Shown: positions 36,324 through 46,147 of the stretch, piece by piece
Layout of the letters: every line of letters starts with the position of its first letter
How positions within the stretch are numbered: the stretch's first letter is position 1
From: Thermoanaerobaculia bacterium
GTDB taxonomy: Bacteria; Acidobacteriota; Thermoanaerobaculia; Multivoradales; Multivoraceae
Length of the DNA: 64,000 nucleotides
Direction: 5' to 3'
Assembly: GCA_963666565.1 (NCBI GenBank)
Contig: OY762911.1
Coordinates: forward strand, 1,024,001 to 1,088,000
The notes under the pieces: model-generated
The model's database searches: none
Seen by the model: only the letters and a program-made list of their open reading frames with translations
Told to the model about the DNA's origin: nothing
Translations under genes and position numbers: made by a program

Positions 36324-36740
36324 ATGCTGACACGAGACGAGATGGCCAGCGCGTTCGCCAGATGGGGCGCCGCCTGGAACGAGCACGACCTCGACGGCGT
36401 GATGGACCTGTTTCACGACGACATCTACTTCGAGAACTGGACCGGAGGCTCGGTCCGTGGCAAGGAGAATCTGCGTGAGGCATGGGCGCCATGGTTCGCC
36501 AATCATGGGGACTTCAAGTTCACGACCGAAGAGACGTTCATCGACGAAGTCGAACAGAAGATGCTCTTCCGCTGGCAACTCGACTCGCCGTCGTTCGAGA
36601 AGGGTCAGGAAGGCAAACACGAGGCTAGGCGCGGCCTCGATGTGCTGCACTTCCGGGACGGCAGGATCGTCGAGAAGCTGACCTACTGTAAGACCACGAT
36701 CGAACTGGACGGAGAACGGGTGCGTCTGACGACGCCGTGA
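36324..36740 (+). CDS. SnoaL/NTF2-like protein
   Basis: AWNEHDLDGVM, GLDVLHFRDGRIVEK; GGAGG RBS. Confidence 0.88.
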   Translation: MLTRDEMASAFARWGAAWNEHDLDGVMDLFHDDIYFENWTGGSVRGKENLREAWAPWFANHGDFKFTTEETFIDEVEQKMLFRWQLDSPSFEKGQEGKHEARRGLDVLHFRDGRIVEKLTYCKTTIELDGERVRLTTP

Positions 36741-36744
36741 CGCC

Positions 36745-36783
36745 CGTGCCGGCGGGTCTTCTGACCCCGCCGCCGCAGGCGGC
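36745..36783. repeat. Degenerate REP arm A
   Basis: gcgggtcttctgacccc followed by gccgccgcaggcggc. Confidence 0.65.
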
Positions 36784-36907
36784 CCCATAACGCGGACGAC
36801 GGTACGGGCGCCTCGCTCGCCGGGAGCGGACCGGGCGAGTTCGGCCAGCACGGCGCCGCTCCCCAGCCCCGCGAGTAACATCGTCACGCCGCCTTCCCTC
36901 ATCCGCC

Positions 36908-38500
36908 ATGCCGACCGACAACGGAGCCGACCACCCAGCCGCCGCAGCGGCCACCACCCGCCGGCAGCTCCCTCTCGGCATCCAGTCGCTCGCGGAGATC
37001 CGCGAGAGAGGCTGCTACTACGTCGACAAGACGGCCTTCATCGCCCGGATGGTCGAGGAGGGCAAGCACTACTTCCTTTCCCGCCCGCGGCGGTTCGGGA
37101 AGACCCTGCTGGTCGACACGATCAAGGAGCTGTTCGAGGGCAACGAGCCGCTCTTCCGGGGTCTCGCCGTCCACGATGCCTGGGACTGGACCGCTCCGCA
37201 TCCCGTGGTTCGCCTCAGTTTCGGCAGGGGCAACTTCAAGACGCCGGGCTTCGTGGCCAGGGCCGCGGCTTCGCAGTTGGACGGGGCGGCGCGGCGGTTC
37301 GGCCTGACGCTGAGCGAAGACGAACCGTCGCTGCTGTTCGGGGCTCTCATCGAGGCGCTGCATGACCAGGCGGGCCGGCGCGTCGTCGTCCTGGTGGACG
37401 AGTACGACAAGCCGATTCTCGACGCGCTCGGCGAGCCCGACACGGCGCGGGCGAACCGCGAGTTCCTGCGCGGGCTCTACGCGACGATCAAGGACTGCGA
37501 CGCCAGCGTTCGCTTCACCCTGCTCACCGGGGTCAGCAGGTTCTCGAAGGTCAACCTGTTCTCCGGACTCAACAACCTGCGGGACATCACGCTCAGCCCC
37601 GCCTACTCAGCCGTCTGCGGCTACACGGAGGCGGACCTCGACACCGTGTTCGCGCCCGAACTGCCCGGGCTCGACCGCGACGAGATCCGCGCCTGGTACG
37701 ACGGCTACAACTGGTCGGGTCCGGAGAACCTGTACAACCCCTACGACGTCCTCCTGCTGTTCATGGAACGGCAGTTCAAGCCCTGGTGGTTCGAGACCGG
37801 GACGCCGACGTTCCTGGTCGACACGCTGATCGACCGCGGCGTGGAGACCTTCTCGCTGGAGGACGCGCTGGCGAGCGAGAGCGTGCTCTCATCCTTCGAG
37901 ATCGGCGATGTCGGCGCGTTCGCCCTGCTGTTCCAGACCGGCTACCTCACGGTGCGCGGCGCCGAGACCCGCGCGGGACGGACGACGTACCGCCTGGGCT
38001 ACCCCAACCGGGAGGTCCGCCAGAGCCTGGCCGAGAGCCTGCTGGCGCGCGTCTCCGCCGAATCGTCGGGCCGCGAGGCGCACAGCCTGAGGCTCCACGA
38101 CGCACTTGCCGAGGCCGACTTCGACGCCCTGCGCGCGGCGCTCGACGCCCTGTTCGCGGGCATTCCGCACCAGTGGCACACCAGGAACCCCATGAGCGGC
38201 TACGAGGGCTGGTACGCGAGCATCTTCTACGCCTGCTTCGCCTCGCTGGGGCTCGACGTGCGGCCGGAGGACAGCAGCGCCGCCGGCCGGCTCGACATGG
38301 CGGTGCAAACGCCGGACCACGTCTACCTGTTCGAGTTCAAGGTGGCCGAGCGGGCGACGAAGGGGGCGGCGCTGGCCCAGCTCCGGGAGAAGGGGTACGC
38401 GGAGAAGTACCGGGGCGCGGGGCGCTCGATTCACCTGGTGGGGGTGGAGTTCAGCAGCGAGAGCCGGGGCATCGGCAGGTTCGAGGTGGCGGCTGCTTGA
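36908..38500 (+). CDS. AAA-ATPase-like plus PD-(D/E)XK protein, paralog of 30969..32513
   Basis: SRPRRFGKT, DEYDKP, GRLDM...FEFK. Confidence 0.92.
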   Translation: MPTDNGADHPAAAAATTRRQLPLGIQSLAEIRERGCYYVDKTAFIARMVEEGKHYFLSRPRRFGKTLLVDTIKELFEGNEPLFRGLAVHDAWDWTAPHPVVRLSFGRGNFKTPGFVARAAASQLDGAARRFGLTLSEDEPSLLFGALIEALHDQAGRRVVVLVDEYDKPILDALGEPDTARANREFLRGLYATIKDCDASVRFTLLTGVSRFSKVNLFSGLNNLRDITLSPAYSAVCGYTEADLDTVFAPELPGLDRDEIRAWYDGYNWSGPENLYNPYDVLLLFMERQFKPWWFETGTPTFLVDTLIDRGVETFSLEDALASESVLSSFEIGDVGAFALLFQTGYLTVRGAETRAGRTTYRLGYPNREVRQSLAESLLARVSAESSGREAHSLRLHDALAEADFDALRAALDALFAGIPHQWHTRNPMSGYEGWYASIFYACFASLGLDVRPEDSSAAGRLDMAVQTPDHVYLFEFKVAERATKGAALAQLREKGYAEKYRGAGRSIHLVGVEFSSESRGIGRFEVAAA

Positions 38501-38653
38501 GCCTTGCCGCCCGGGAACGGGCCGTGCGCTTCCCCTGTTCCCAGTTGCGGATCTTGGCCTACCTCTGTCAACCGCATCAGGGAAGGTGGCGCGGGCAGGG
38601 GGGCGGGGCCAGGGCGGCCGACTCGGCGGCCACGAAGTCGACGAAGCCGACCA

Positions 38654-39535
38654 TCATTCGGCGGATGCGCCAGGAGCGTCCGCGGACTGCCTGCGGTCGA
38701 CCGCCAGGTAGTAGCGGCCCGCGGCCCGCAACACCGGGTCCTTGGCCTCGGAGGCCAACACCTCGAAGACCGCTCTCGCCCCGCCCCCGTTTCCGGTCAG
38801 GAAAGCCAGTCTCCCAGCGGCACTGAGCCGCTGGAGCATGAGCGGCCACCCCTCCCAGGCCGGAGCGAACTCGAGCAGAGCCTTCGCGCCCCTGGAGGCG
38901 TACCCGGCGCCTCCCGGCGCCGCGGCCGCGTGGTCCACGAGGAACGCCGCGGCGTCGACCGTCTTCTCATGGACCCCGCCCTGCTCCAGGATCGACAGCG
39001 CCGCGGCGGCGGCAGGACCGACGTTCGGGGGCTCGGACGGAAGCTCGGACGTTCCTCCCGTGGCGGCCGTCGCCCGCAGTACCTGGTCCATCAGGCCCGG
39101 AGGGAGCGACTCGCCGTGCGCCTGGCCATCCCCCAACCGGATCACCCCGGCGCCGTCCCGCGACTCCATCGCCTCTCGCAGCCGTTCCTGGACTTCGGCG
39201 CTCGACGCCGAGCCGTCCCCCGGCACGCGCAACACCGTGATCCGTGACGGCAGCTCCCTTGCCTCTCCTCCAGCGTTCGGGGACGAACCGTCGTCCGGGG
39301 CCCCGCCGAGCGCCCCGCGGATCATCTGCTTCGTCCACTCCTGTTGGCGCGCGAGGTAGTCCTCGACGATCGCCCAGTCGGGATCCGCCGCCGTAGCGGA
39401 CGCGGTCGAGCCCTCTTCGGTCGCCGAGGCTTCCTGCGCTCCGAGGGCTGCGCACGCTCCCAGGGACAGCGCCGTCGCAAGCGCCGCGGCGGGCCCAGGC
39501 CGCCTGCCGAACGCCATCCTGTATCTCGTCGTCAT
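38654..39535 (-). CDS. Secreted hypothetical protein, probably truncated
   Basis: Signal-peptide-like start; ends abruptly; family not recognised. Confidence 0.5.
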   Translation of the reverse strand: MTTRYRMAFGRRPGPAAALATALSLGACAALGAQEASATEEGSTASATAADPDWAIVEDYLARQQEWTKQMIRGALGGAPDDGSSPNAGGEARELPSRITVLRVPGDGSASSAEVQERLREAMESRDGAGVIRLGDGQAHGESLPPGLMDQVLRATAATGGTSELPSEPPNVGPAAAAALSILEQGGVHEKTVDAAAFLVDHAAAAPGGAGYASRGAKALLEFAPAWEGWPLMLQRLSAAGRLAFLTGNGGGARAVFEVLASEAKDPVLRAAGRYYLAVDRRQSADAPGASAE

Positions 39536-39815
39536 CGGCAAGGTCTCCTTCGACGGTTCCGGCCCAACCACTCGGAATTAGAACGCTGCACGTCGCGGAT
39601 CGTTCCCCAACAATGGGGCGATCGACACGCGGCGGCTTCTCAGTCGTTGCGCTCTGGCCCGAGTCGCTGGCTGGTGGCGTCGAGTCTGGCGGCCCGGCCT
39701 CGTCAGAAGGCATGGACGTCCGTGATGCGGCCCACCGCCTCGAGCTCCTGGATGTCCTCGTTGAGTCTCACGACCCCGAGCGACCGCCCGGCGCGGGACG
39801 GTATAGCCTTGGCTC

Positions 39816-40235
39816 ATGTCGGACGATGCACGACCGTCAGCGGCCAAGCCGACGCTTGCCGAGGTTCTCTCGCGCCTCGCGCCGCTTGAAGAGGACTTTC
39901 CGAAGATCGACGATCCTCCGGTCGAGCTTGTCCACGGAAGCGGGAACGTCTTCCGGGACTTCGACGACCCCCAGGCCGACCTGAAGCAGGCCAAGGCCGT
40001 CCTTGCTGCGCGGATCATCGCTGTACTGGGCGACCGTGGCCTCGCCGTGCACAAGGCGGCGAGTCTCACCGGGTTCGCGGCGGCTGACTTCTCCCGCATC
40101 CGCGACGCCGATCTCGGGCGCTTCACGCTGGATCGGCTGATGAAGATGCTGGCCGCCTTGGACCACAACGTTAGGGTCACCGTCAGAGTCGACCTTTCCC
40201 GGTCGGCTCCGGCTGCGGCGTCGGGTTCCGGCTGA
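39816..40235 (+). CDS. XRE/HTH_37 antitoxin-like regulator with an extra N-terminal segment
   Basis: GSGNVFRDF...DFSRIR.ADLGRFTLDRL. Confidence 0.8.
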   Translation: MSDDARPSAAKPTLAEVLSRLAPLEEDFPKIDDPPVELVHGSGNVFRDFDDPQADLKQAKAVLAARIIAVLGDRGLAVHKAASLTGFAAADFSRIRDADLGRFTLDRLMKMLAALDHNVRVTVRVDLSRSAPAAASGSG

Positions 40236-40344
40236 CGCACGCGCCGCTGTACCTCTTCAGCCGCGCGGCGTCCTCACCAACAGCTCGTTCTCCGCCGGCG
40301 TTCCCTTGACCTCCGCGCCGCCGCGCTTGCCGCCTTAGTGCGGG

Positions 40345-40373
40345 TTGCAGGCGTGTAGCCTGTTGGCTACTGT
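40345..40373 (+). promoter_or_regulatory. Promoter TTGCAG-17-TACTGT with palindrome gtagcc-tgtt-ggctac (40355..40370)
   Basis: 6 nt before the toxin ATG; the palindrome overlaps the -10 box. Confidence 0.55.
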
Positions 40374-40379
40374 CGGAGT

Positions 40380-40670
40380 ATGCTCAAAGTCCGCAGAACG
40401 GCGGTCTACGCCCGGTGGCTGGACAGCTTGCGCGACGTTCGCGGCCGCGCGCGCGTTCTTGTCCGGGTCGAACGGCTGGCGGCCGGCAACCCGGGAGACG
40501 TGAGGCCGGTGGGCGAAGGCGTCTCGGAACTACGGATCGACTACGGACCAGGCTACCGGGTGTACTTCAAGAAGCGCGGCCGCGTGAGCGTGGTGCTGCT
40601 GGCGGGCGGGGACAAGAGCACCCAACGCGACGACATCAAGAGAGCCTTGCGCCTCGCGCGAAACCTGTAG
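40380..40670 (+). CDS. RelE/ParE-like addiction module toxin (HI1419 type)
   Basis: GNPGDVRPVGEGVSELRIDYGPGYRVY, LLAGGDKSTQ. Confidence 0.93.
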   Translation: MLKVRRTAVYARWLDSLRDVRGRARVLVRVERLAAGNPGDVRPVGEGVSELRIDYGPGYRVYFKKRGRVSVVLLAGGDKSTQRDDIKRALRLARNL

Positions 40671-40679
40671 GAGGAGACC

Positions 40680-40973
40680 ATGACCAAGACCGCCACTTCA
40701 CCCTACGACGTTGCCGAGCACCTGCGTACGCGGGAGGACATGGCGGCGTATCTCGAGGCGTCCATCGAGGAGGCGGACGGCGACGCCGCGTTCGTGGCCA
40801 AGGCGCTGGGCGACATCGCCCGCGCTCAAGGCATGGCGCAGGTGGCAAGCGACACTGGCCTCTCCCGCGAGAGCCTCTACAAGTCCCTGTCAGGGAAGCG
40901 CAAGCCGACGTTCGAGACAGTCCTCAGGGTCGTCGGCGCGCTGGGACTCCAGCTACGCGCGGAGGCCCGGTAG
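40680..40973 (+). CDS. Addiction module antidote, HTH (HI1420 type)
   Basis: YDVAEHL, ALGDIARAQGM..VA..TGLSRESLYKSLS. Confidence 0.93.
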   Translation: MTKTATSPYDVAEHLRTREDMAAYLEASIEEADGDAAFVAKALGDIARAQGMAQVASDTGLSRESLYKSLSGKRKPTFETVLRVVGALGLQLRAEAR

Positions 40974-41260
40974 CGCTCGGTACCCGCCAGCCAAGCCTCG
41001 CCGGACCTCCATCCGCGTGCCGGCCGGCAACGCCACCGGCTCGACGAACTCGTAGGCGGTCTGCCAGTTGAAGTCGTAGCGGCTGACGCTGAGCAGCTCG
41101 CGCTTTGTGCCCTCCGGGAGGTGCGCCGTGTACGTCATGTCCTTGCCGCGGTAGCGCATGTGCGGCGCCACGGAACGGACGAGGACATCCTCGGTGAAGA
41201 CGTGGTGGGCGCGGCCCTCGTGGTTTGGGTGGCCGGCGGGTATGGTGAAGGCACTGCCTT
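40953..41260 (-). pseudogene. Fragment of a copper monooxygenase C-terminal-like (PHM/PNGase F) domain
   Basis: PHMRYRGK...LLSV..YDFNWQ..Y....P..LPAGT; no proper ends. Confidence 0.6.
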
Positions 41261-41408
41261 GGCGAAATGGACCGGATTCGTTCCGCGCCGGGGGGTACGC
41301 CGGAAACACGTGCTTCCGCTGAACGCGGTCGGTCCCCTTGCCACGGCCGCGCGGCCAGTGTAGGTTTCGTTGTGATTCTGAAACTCGTCAGGGACGGAGG
41401 AAGTAATC

Positions 41409-41633
41409 ATGGAGAATCTGGGATGTGTACGGGCGGTGCTTCAGCGAGTACCGCAGGAGGACGAAATCCCCGGCCTAGCGGTGTTCGCAGCGACAGGACC
41501 GGAACGCTGCCGGTGGAACGGTTGCGGCGGCAGCTTGACTCGCTACTACTCGGATTGGTGGTACTGCGGGAAATGTCGCTCGCGCTATGTCCAGATACCG
41601 CCGGTGGACGTTCTGGGAAGGAGGACAGATTGA
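41409..41633 (+). CDS. Small hypothetical protein with two Cys pairs
   Basis: GGAGG RBS; CRWNGC and CGKC. Confidence 0.45.
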   Translation: MENLGCVRAVLQRVPQEDEIPGLAVFAATGPERCRWNGCGGSLTRYYSDWWYCGKCRSRYVQIPPVDVLGRRTD

Positions 41634-41846
41634 GTGCCTAGCGTGTACAAAGTCGAGTGGGTGCAGGAGGGGGACTGGACGGACGAGGAACGCAAGAAGG
41701 TCGAGGCCATGCTGGATCTGCCCGTTCCACCTACACACGTCGGCGTAGCAATCGTGACCTTCACCGCGACGAAAAGGGTCTTCCGTAGCCGCTGCGTGTA
41801 CGAGGAGATTTTCGACCTAACTAACCGAGTGATGGAAGTTCCATGA
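41634..41846 (+). CDS. Small hypothetical protein
   Basis: AGGAGG upstream; abuts the previous ORF. Confidence 0.45.
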   Translation: MPSVYKVEWVQEGDWTDEERKKVEAMLDLPVPPTHVGVAIVTFTATKRVFRSRCVYEEIFDLTNRVMEVP

Positions 41847-41909
41847 ACACAGTGCCGCTGACTATTTGCGATTCGCAAGGCCCCGGCCAGTCGGTGGGGA
41901 GGATGGAAA

Positions 41910-42587
41910 ATGGGGAACCCCAGTAGGCGGCACACGCCTGAGTTCAAGAAGTTCGTTGTGCTGGAGGTTCTGCGCGGAGAGCGAACCCAGAAGAGGATCG
42001 CAGCACGCTATGGAGTCCATCCGAGCCAAGTAAGCGAGTGGAAGCGGCAGGCCCTTGATGGGTTGAGTGAGTCGTTCGTGCGGGACGCCAAGGGTCGGCG
42101 GCGGCGGGAGGAAGCGAAGCCTCGGCGGCAGCTTCCACGTGAGAGACGTTACCCTATTCAAGGTCCGTACTCTCTCGAGACGGAGTTGGACGCCGCGAGG
42201 CTCATGGAGCAGCTCTGGCAGGTTCGTAGGGAGTTAGGGGATGACGTCCTGTTCGGCGCGTTCGTACAGGAGTACGTGCGCGTCCTGAAGCCCCTGGAAC
42301 CATCGGAGGCGCTGTTGATGGCGGAAGCATGGGAGTTGGCTAGAGAGCGCCCCGAACTTCGGCGGATTCTTGCGGCTCTGCCGGGAGAGGTTGTAGGCTT
42401 GATAAAGGCCGCGCTGGCTCTTGACCTTGACCTAAGGGGGCTTACGGACGAACAGCTTTCGAGTGTCTTCGCCCGCGCTCCTCGGCTGCGAAAGGGAGTT
42501 CTCAAGAAACTGAAGGCCTCTGTATCCCGGTCCGACAGCAGCGTTGGCGGTGAACGTTTCAAGCCAGTCAGAGTTGAGAAACGGTGA
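41910..42587 (+). CDS. Protein with an IS3 OrfA-like HTH N-terminus and an unrecognised C-terminus
   Basis: RRHTPEFK..VVLEVL.GE.T...IA..YGVHPSQVSEWK; GGAGG RBS. Confidence 0.6.
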   Translation: MGNPSRRHTPEFKKFVVLEVLRGERTQKRIAARYGVHPSQVSEWKRQALDGLSESFVRDAKGRRRREEAKPRRQLPRERRYPIQGPYSLETELDAARLMEQLWQVRRELGDDVLFGAFVQEYVRVLKPLEPSEALLMAEAWELARERPELRRILAALPGEVVGLIKAALALDLDLRGLTDEQLSSVFARAPRLRKGVLKKLKASVSRSDSSVGGERFKPVRVEKR

Positions 42588-42636
42588 CGGTGCGGTTCCG
42601 GTCGCGGCTCGCGTCTTGGGGCACGGACGGTTGCTG

Positions 42637-43545
42637 TTACTCGTACAACCTCCCCGTCGCCCTCGCCCTCTCCAACACCGGCTCATAGATCCGCAACGTC
42701 GCCGCATCCACCAACTGGCCCCCCTTGCCTCCAGCCCCGGCCCCCTTCGCCACCGACTCGTTGTACAGGTCCACCATCTTCTGCGCCTGCTTGATCTCCC
42801 TGGGCGACGGCGCGAAGACGTCGTTGGCAAGCGGAATCTGGTTCGGGTGGATGCACCACTTGCCCACGGCGCCGAGGGTGGCGGCCCAGGTGGCCTGCTT
42901 CAGGTAGGCCTTGTCGTTGCGGAAGTCGCCGAAGGGGCCGTCGATGGCGTCGATGCCGGCGGCGCGGCAGGCGGCGATCATGCGGACGCGGTGGGCGGAC
43001 CACATGTCGCCGGGATAGCGGTAGTCCTTGTCGAGTTCGTGGCCGAATCGCATGCCCATGCTGGCGGAGAGGTCGCCGAAGCCGAGGATGAGCGCTTCCA
43101 GGCGCGGCGAGCAGGTGGCGATCGCTTCCACGTTGGCGAGGCCCTCGGCCTCCTCGATCAGCGCCTCGAGGCCGATCCTGCGGTCGAGCCCGAGCTTCTG
43201 CTCCAGGCCGTCGAGCATCGTCTCGAAGAACCAGATGTCGCGCGGCTGCTTGACCTTGGGCAGGATGATGACGTCGAGGTTCTCGCCGGCGCCTTCCACC
43301 ACGCTGATCACGTCGTCCACGGCCCAGCGGGTGGTGTGGTCGTTGACGCGGACGGAGCGCACCTTGCCGGTCCAGTCGAGGTCGTTCAGGCCGTCGATGG
43401 CGATCTGGCGGGCGCCTTCCTTCCTGTCGGGCGCGACGGCGTCTTCCAGGTCGAGGAAGACGAGGTCGGCCTCGCTCGAGGCCGACTTCTCGACCATCCG
43501 GGGGTTGCTGGCCGGCACCGCCAGCTCGGAACGTCTCAGTCGCAT
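42637..43545 (-). CDS. CoA-ester lyase (CitE / malyl-CoA lyase family)
   Basis: RRSELAVP, FLDLEDAV, GKWCIHPNQI. Confidence 0.92.
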   Translation of the reverse strand: MRLRRSELAVPASNPRMVEKSASSEADLVFLDLEDAVAPDRKEGARQIAIDGLNDLDWTGKVRSVRVNDHTTRWAVDDVISVVEGAGENLDVIILPKVKQPRDIWFFETMLDGLEQKLGLDRRIGLEALIEEAEGLANVEAIATCSPRLEALILGFGDLSASMGMRFGHELDKDYRYPGDMWSAHRVRMIAACRAAGIDAIDGPFGDFRNDKAYLKQATWAATLGAVGKWCIHPNQIPLANDVFAPSPREIKQAQKMVDLYNESVAKGAGAGGKGGQLVDAATLRIYEPVLERARATGRLYE

Positions 43546-44849
43546 GGTTGCTTCTCCTTGTCGTCTCCGTCCGGCCCGGCGTGCTGGCCGATGTCGCTCC
43601 CGGCGCTGACCCCGGCCTCGACCCCGGCGCCGATCCCGAACTGAACGAGGATCTCGTCCCGGTGCTCGTCGAGCAGGGGCGCCCGGCACCGCACGCCGGT
43701 CTTCGTCCCGGTGTACTTGATCGGGCAGCCGACGATCCTGACCGGCGCGTTCTCGCCCGGCAGCTCCACTTCGGCGACCATCTCGCGGACCGCGGTGTGG
43801 GGGCTCTCGAAGATGTCTGCCGCGGTCTGCACCGGGCCGCACGGAACCCGGCCGGCGAGCGCCTCGACGATCTCGTCGCGGGTGTGGGCCCCCGTCCACT
43901 TGGAGACGACCGCCTCCACGAACTCCCGGTTCTCGCGGCGCGCCTTGAAGTCCTTCGAGCGCTCGTCTTCCACCAGGTCGGGCCGACCCATCTCCTGGCA
44001 GAGGATCTCCCACTGCGCCGGCAGGGGCGCGGCGATCGCCACGCCGCCGTCCTTCGCGTCGTAGATGCCGAACGGGGACAGGCTGTGGTGGTGCTTGCCG
44101 CGCGGCGGGAGCTGGTGGCGCAGGCTGGAGCCGTAGTTCGCGAACACGGACTCGCACAGCAGGTTGACGCCGTCGACCATCGCGACGTCCATGAACTGGC
44201 CCTCGCCGGTCCGCCGCGCGTGGTGGACCCCGGCGACGACGCCGAGCGCCATCAGCGTGCCGGGAAACAGGTCGCCGACGGAGGCGCCGCCGGGGTAGCC
44301 CCCTCCGGGACGGTCGTCGTCGCCCCGGGGGCCGTTGACGTGGGCGAAGCCGCCCATCGCCTGGGCGACGATGTCGAAGGCGGGCCAGTCGGCGTGGGGG
44401 CTCTCGCCGGTCCGCGGGTCGCCGAAGCCGCGCAGCGCCGCGTAGACGATCCGCGGGTTGCGCTGGCGGATCGTCTCGTAGCCGACGCCGAGGCGGTCCA
44501 TCACGCCGGCGCGCATGTTCTCGAGCACCGCGTCGGCGCGCTCGCACAGGCGGAGGAAGGTCTCGCGGTCGGCCTCGTCCTTCAGGTCGAGCGAGATGCT
44601 GCGCTTGTTCCGGTTGATGCTGCCGAAGTAGCCGCCGAAGTCGCAGCCGCCGTCGACGCCGGCCTTGCCCTCGGCCGGGTGGACGAAGTCCTCGGGGATG
44701 GGCGGCGAGGGGCGGGACATGTCGCCGGTGGGCGGCTCGACCTTGATGACGTCGGCGCCGAGGTCGGCGAGGATGGCCGAGCCGAAGGGGCCGGCGAGCG
44801 CCATCGTGCAGTCGATGATGACGAGGTCGCTGAGGGGGCCGTGGCTCAT
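43536..44849 (-). CDS. Class III CoA-transferase (CaiB/BaiF)
   Basis: LADLGADVIKVEPP.GD, NRNKRSISLDLK, AFDIVAQAMGG, APLLDEH. Confidence 0.93.
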   Translation of the reverse strand: MSHGPLSDLVIIDCTMALAGPFGSAILADLGADVIKVEPPTGDMSRPSPPIPEDFVHPAEGKAGVDGGCDFGGYFGSINRNKRSISLDLKDEADRETFLRLCERADAVLENMRAGVMDRLGVGYETIRQRNPRIVYAALRGFGDPRTGESPHADWPAFDIVAQAMGGFAHVNGPRGDDDRPGGGYPGGASVGDLFPGTLMALGVVAGVHHARRTGEGQFMDVAMVDGVNLLCESVFANYGSSLRHQLPPRGKHHHSLSPFGIYDAKDGGVAIAAPLPAQWEILCQEMGRPDLVEDERSKDFKARRENREFVEAVVSKWTGAHTRDEIVEALAGRVPCGPVQTAADIFESPHTAVREMVAEVELPGENAPVRIVGCPIKYTGTKTGVRCRAPLLDEHRDEILVQFGIGAGVEAGVSAGSDIGQHAGPDGDDKEKQPCD

Positions 44850-44908
44850 GGGGCGGGGCCTGGAGTTGGCGCGGCAGGAGCTCCAGAGTCCGGCGCTTTG
44901 CGCCGGAT

Positions 44909-44934
44909 GCCGGCGGGGACGCCGGCGCACCCGG
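44909..44934. repeat. Single REP arm B
   Basis: gccggcggggacgccggcgcacccgg, cf. 611..636. Confidence 0.85.
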
Positions 44935-45000
44935 TTTCCGCCGCGAAGGCTCCTGGGTCGGCGGGCGTGGGCCGCGCTGGGGCTTGAGCGAGCGTTGCGG

Positions 45001-45477
45001 TCAACGGGCGCCCCAGTGCGAGCGGCGCTTGATCAGGACTTCGCGTTCGCCTTCGAAGACGATGGTGCCGTCCTGCTTCGTGCCCCAGTGCTTGAAGCGG
45101 ACGATGCCGGCGTCGTCGCGGTCGGCGTCGCGGGTGGCGAGCACCTCGGTGTAGGCGGTCAGGGTGTCGCCGAGGAAGACCGGCGCGCGGAACCGCAGCT
45201 TGTCGAGGCCGAGCTCGGCGAGCGCGTTCTCGGCCGTGTCCTGGGTCGCCAGGCCGATGACGGTGGAGCCGGTGACGAGGCCGAACACGAGGCGCTGGCC
45301 GAAGGGGGAGTTCCGCATGCGGTCTTCGTTGAAGTGGCCGTCGGCGGTGTTCATGACGAGCTTGGTGAGGAGCTGGCTCTCGACCTCCTCGATTGTGGTG
45401 CCGCGGGCGTGCTGCATCTTCTGGCCGGGGGCGAAGTCCTCGAAGTAGGTGGAGGGGGATGTGAGGGCGGTGGTCAT
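45001..45477 (-). CDS. MaoC-family dehydratase
   Basis: YFEDF..G, PVFLGDTL hot-dog fold. Confidence 0.9.
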   Translation of the reverse strand: MTTALTSPSTYFEDFAPGQKMQHARGTTIEEVESQLLTKLVMNTADGHFNEDRMRNSPFGQRLVFGLVTGSTVIGLATQDTAENALAELGLDKLRFRAPVFLGDTLTAYTEVLATRDADRDDAGIVRFKHWGTKQDGTIVFEGEREVLIKRRSHWGAR

Positions 45478-45968
45478 GAGGCCGCTTCGCGCCGCTTGGC
45501 GACGAGGTTGGTGCGCTGGTAGCTGACGACCTTCTCGCCGTGCTGGTTGAAGGCCTCCGTCTCCCATGTGACGATGCCGAAGTGGGGCCTGGAGCCGGAC
45601 TCGCGGCGGCCCACGACGCGGCTTGTGCCGGTGATCGTGTCGCCGGGGTAGACCGGGCGGTGGAACTTCACGTCGTTGACGCCGAGGAACGGCCCGCCGC
45701 CTTCGGAGAGGTCCTCGACCGACATGCCGACGACGGTGCAGAGCACGAGCAGCGGGTCGATGACGACCGAGTCGTGGCCGTGGGCCCGCGCGTACTCGGC
45801 GTTGAAGTAGAGCGGGGTGAACCGCATCGTCGCCGTGGCGAAGAGCGCGTTGTCCGCTTCGGTGAGCGTGCGGCCCCAGTGGTGCTGGAAGGTCCGGCCT
45901 TCCTCGAAGTCCTGGTAGCGGTTGCCCTTCTGGCGGAGCGGGAAGGTGGAGAAGTCCGGATCGGGCAT
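45474..45968 (-). CDS. MaoC-family dehydratase
   Basis: YQDFEEG..HHWGRTLTEADN, PVYPGDTI. Confidence 0.9.
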   Translation of the reverse strand: MPDPDFSTFPLRQKGNRYQDFEEGRTFQHHWGRTLTEADNALFATATMRFTPLYFNAEYARAHGHDSVVIDPLLVLCTVVGMSVEDLSEGGGPFLGVNDVKFHRPVYPGDTITGTSRVVGRRESGSRPHFGIVTWETEAFNQHGEKVVSYQRTNLVAKRREAAS

Positions 45969-46147
45969 TGCGGCAGGATTCTAGGCGCTTGCGACGCCGA
46001 ACGCAGCGGAGCGAGTCGGCGGCGCAAGCGCCTGGATGAGGACGGGCTGGGCCGAAACACCGAGTCAGCGAGGTGTTTCGGGGCGCTACCACGCAGTACG
46101 ATGAGCCGCCCTTGAACCGAAGCTCCCCGGAGGATCGATTGAACGAA

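Noticed and set aside
39578-39790. Possible PIN toxin remnant next to the HTH gene
   Set aside because: Too short and degenerate to assign
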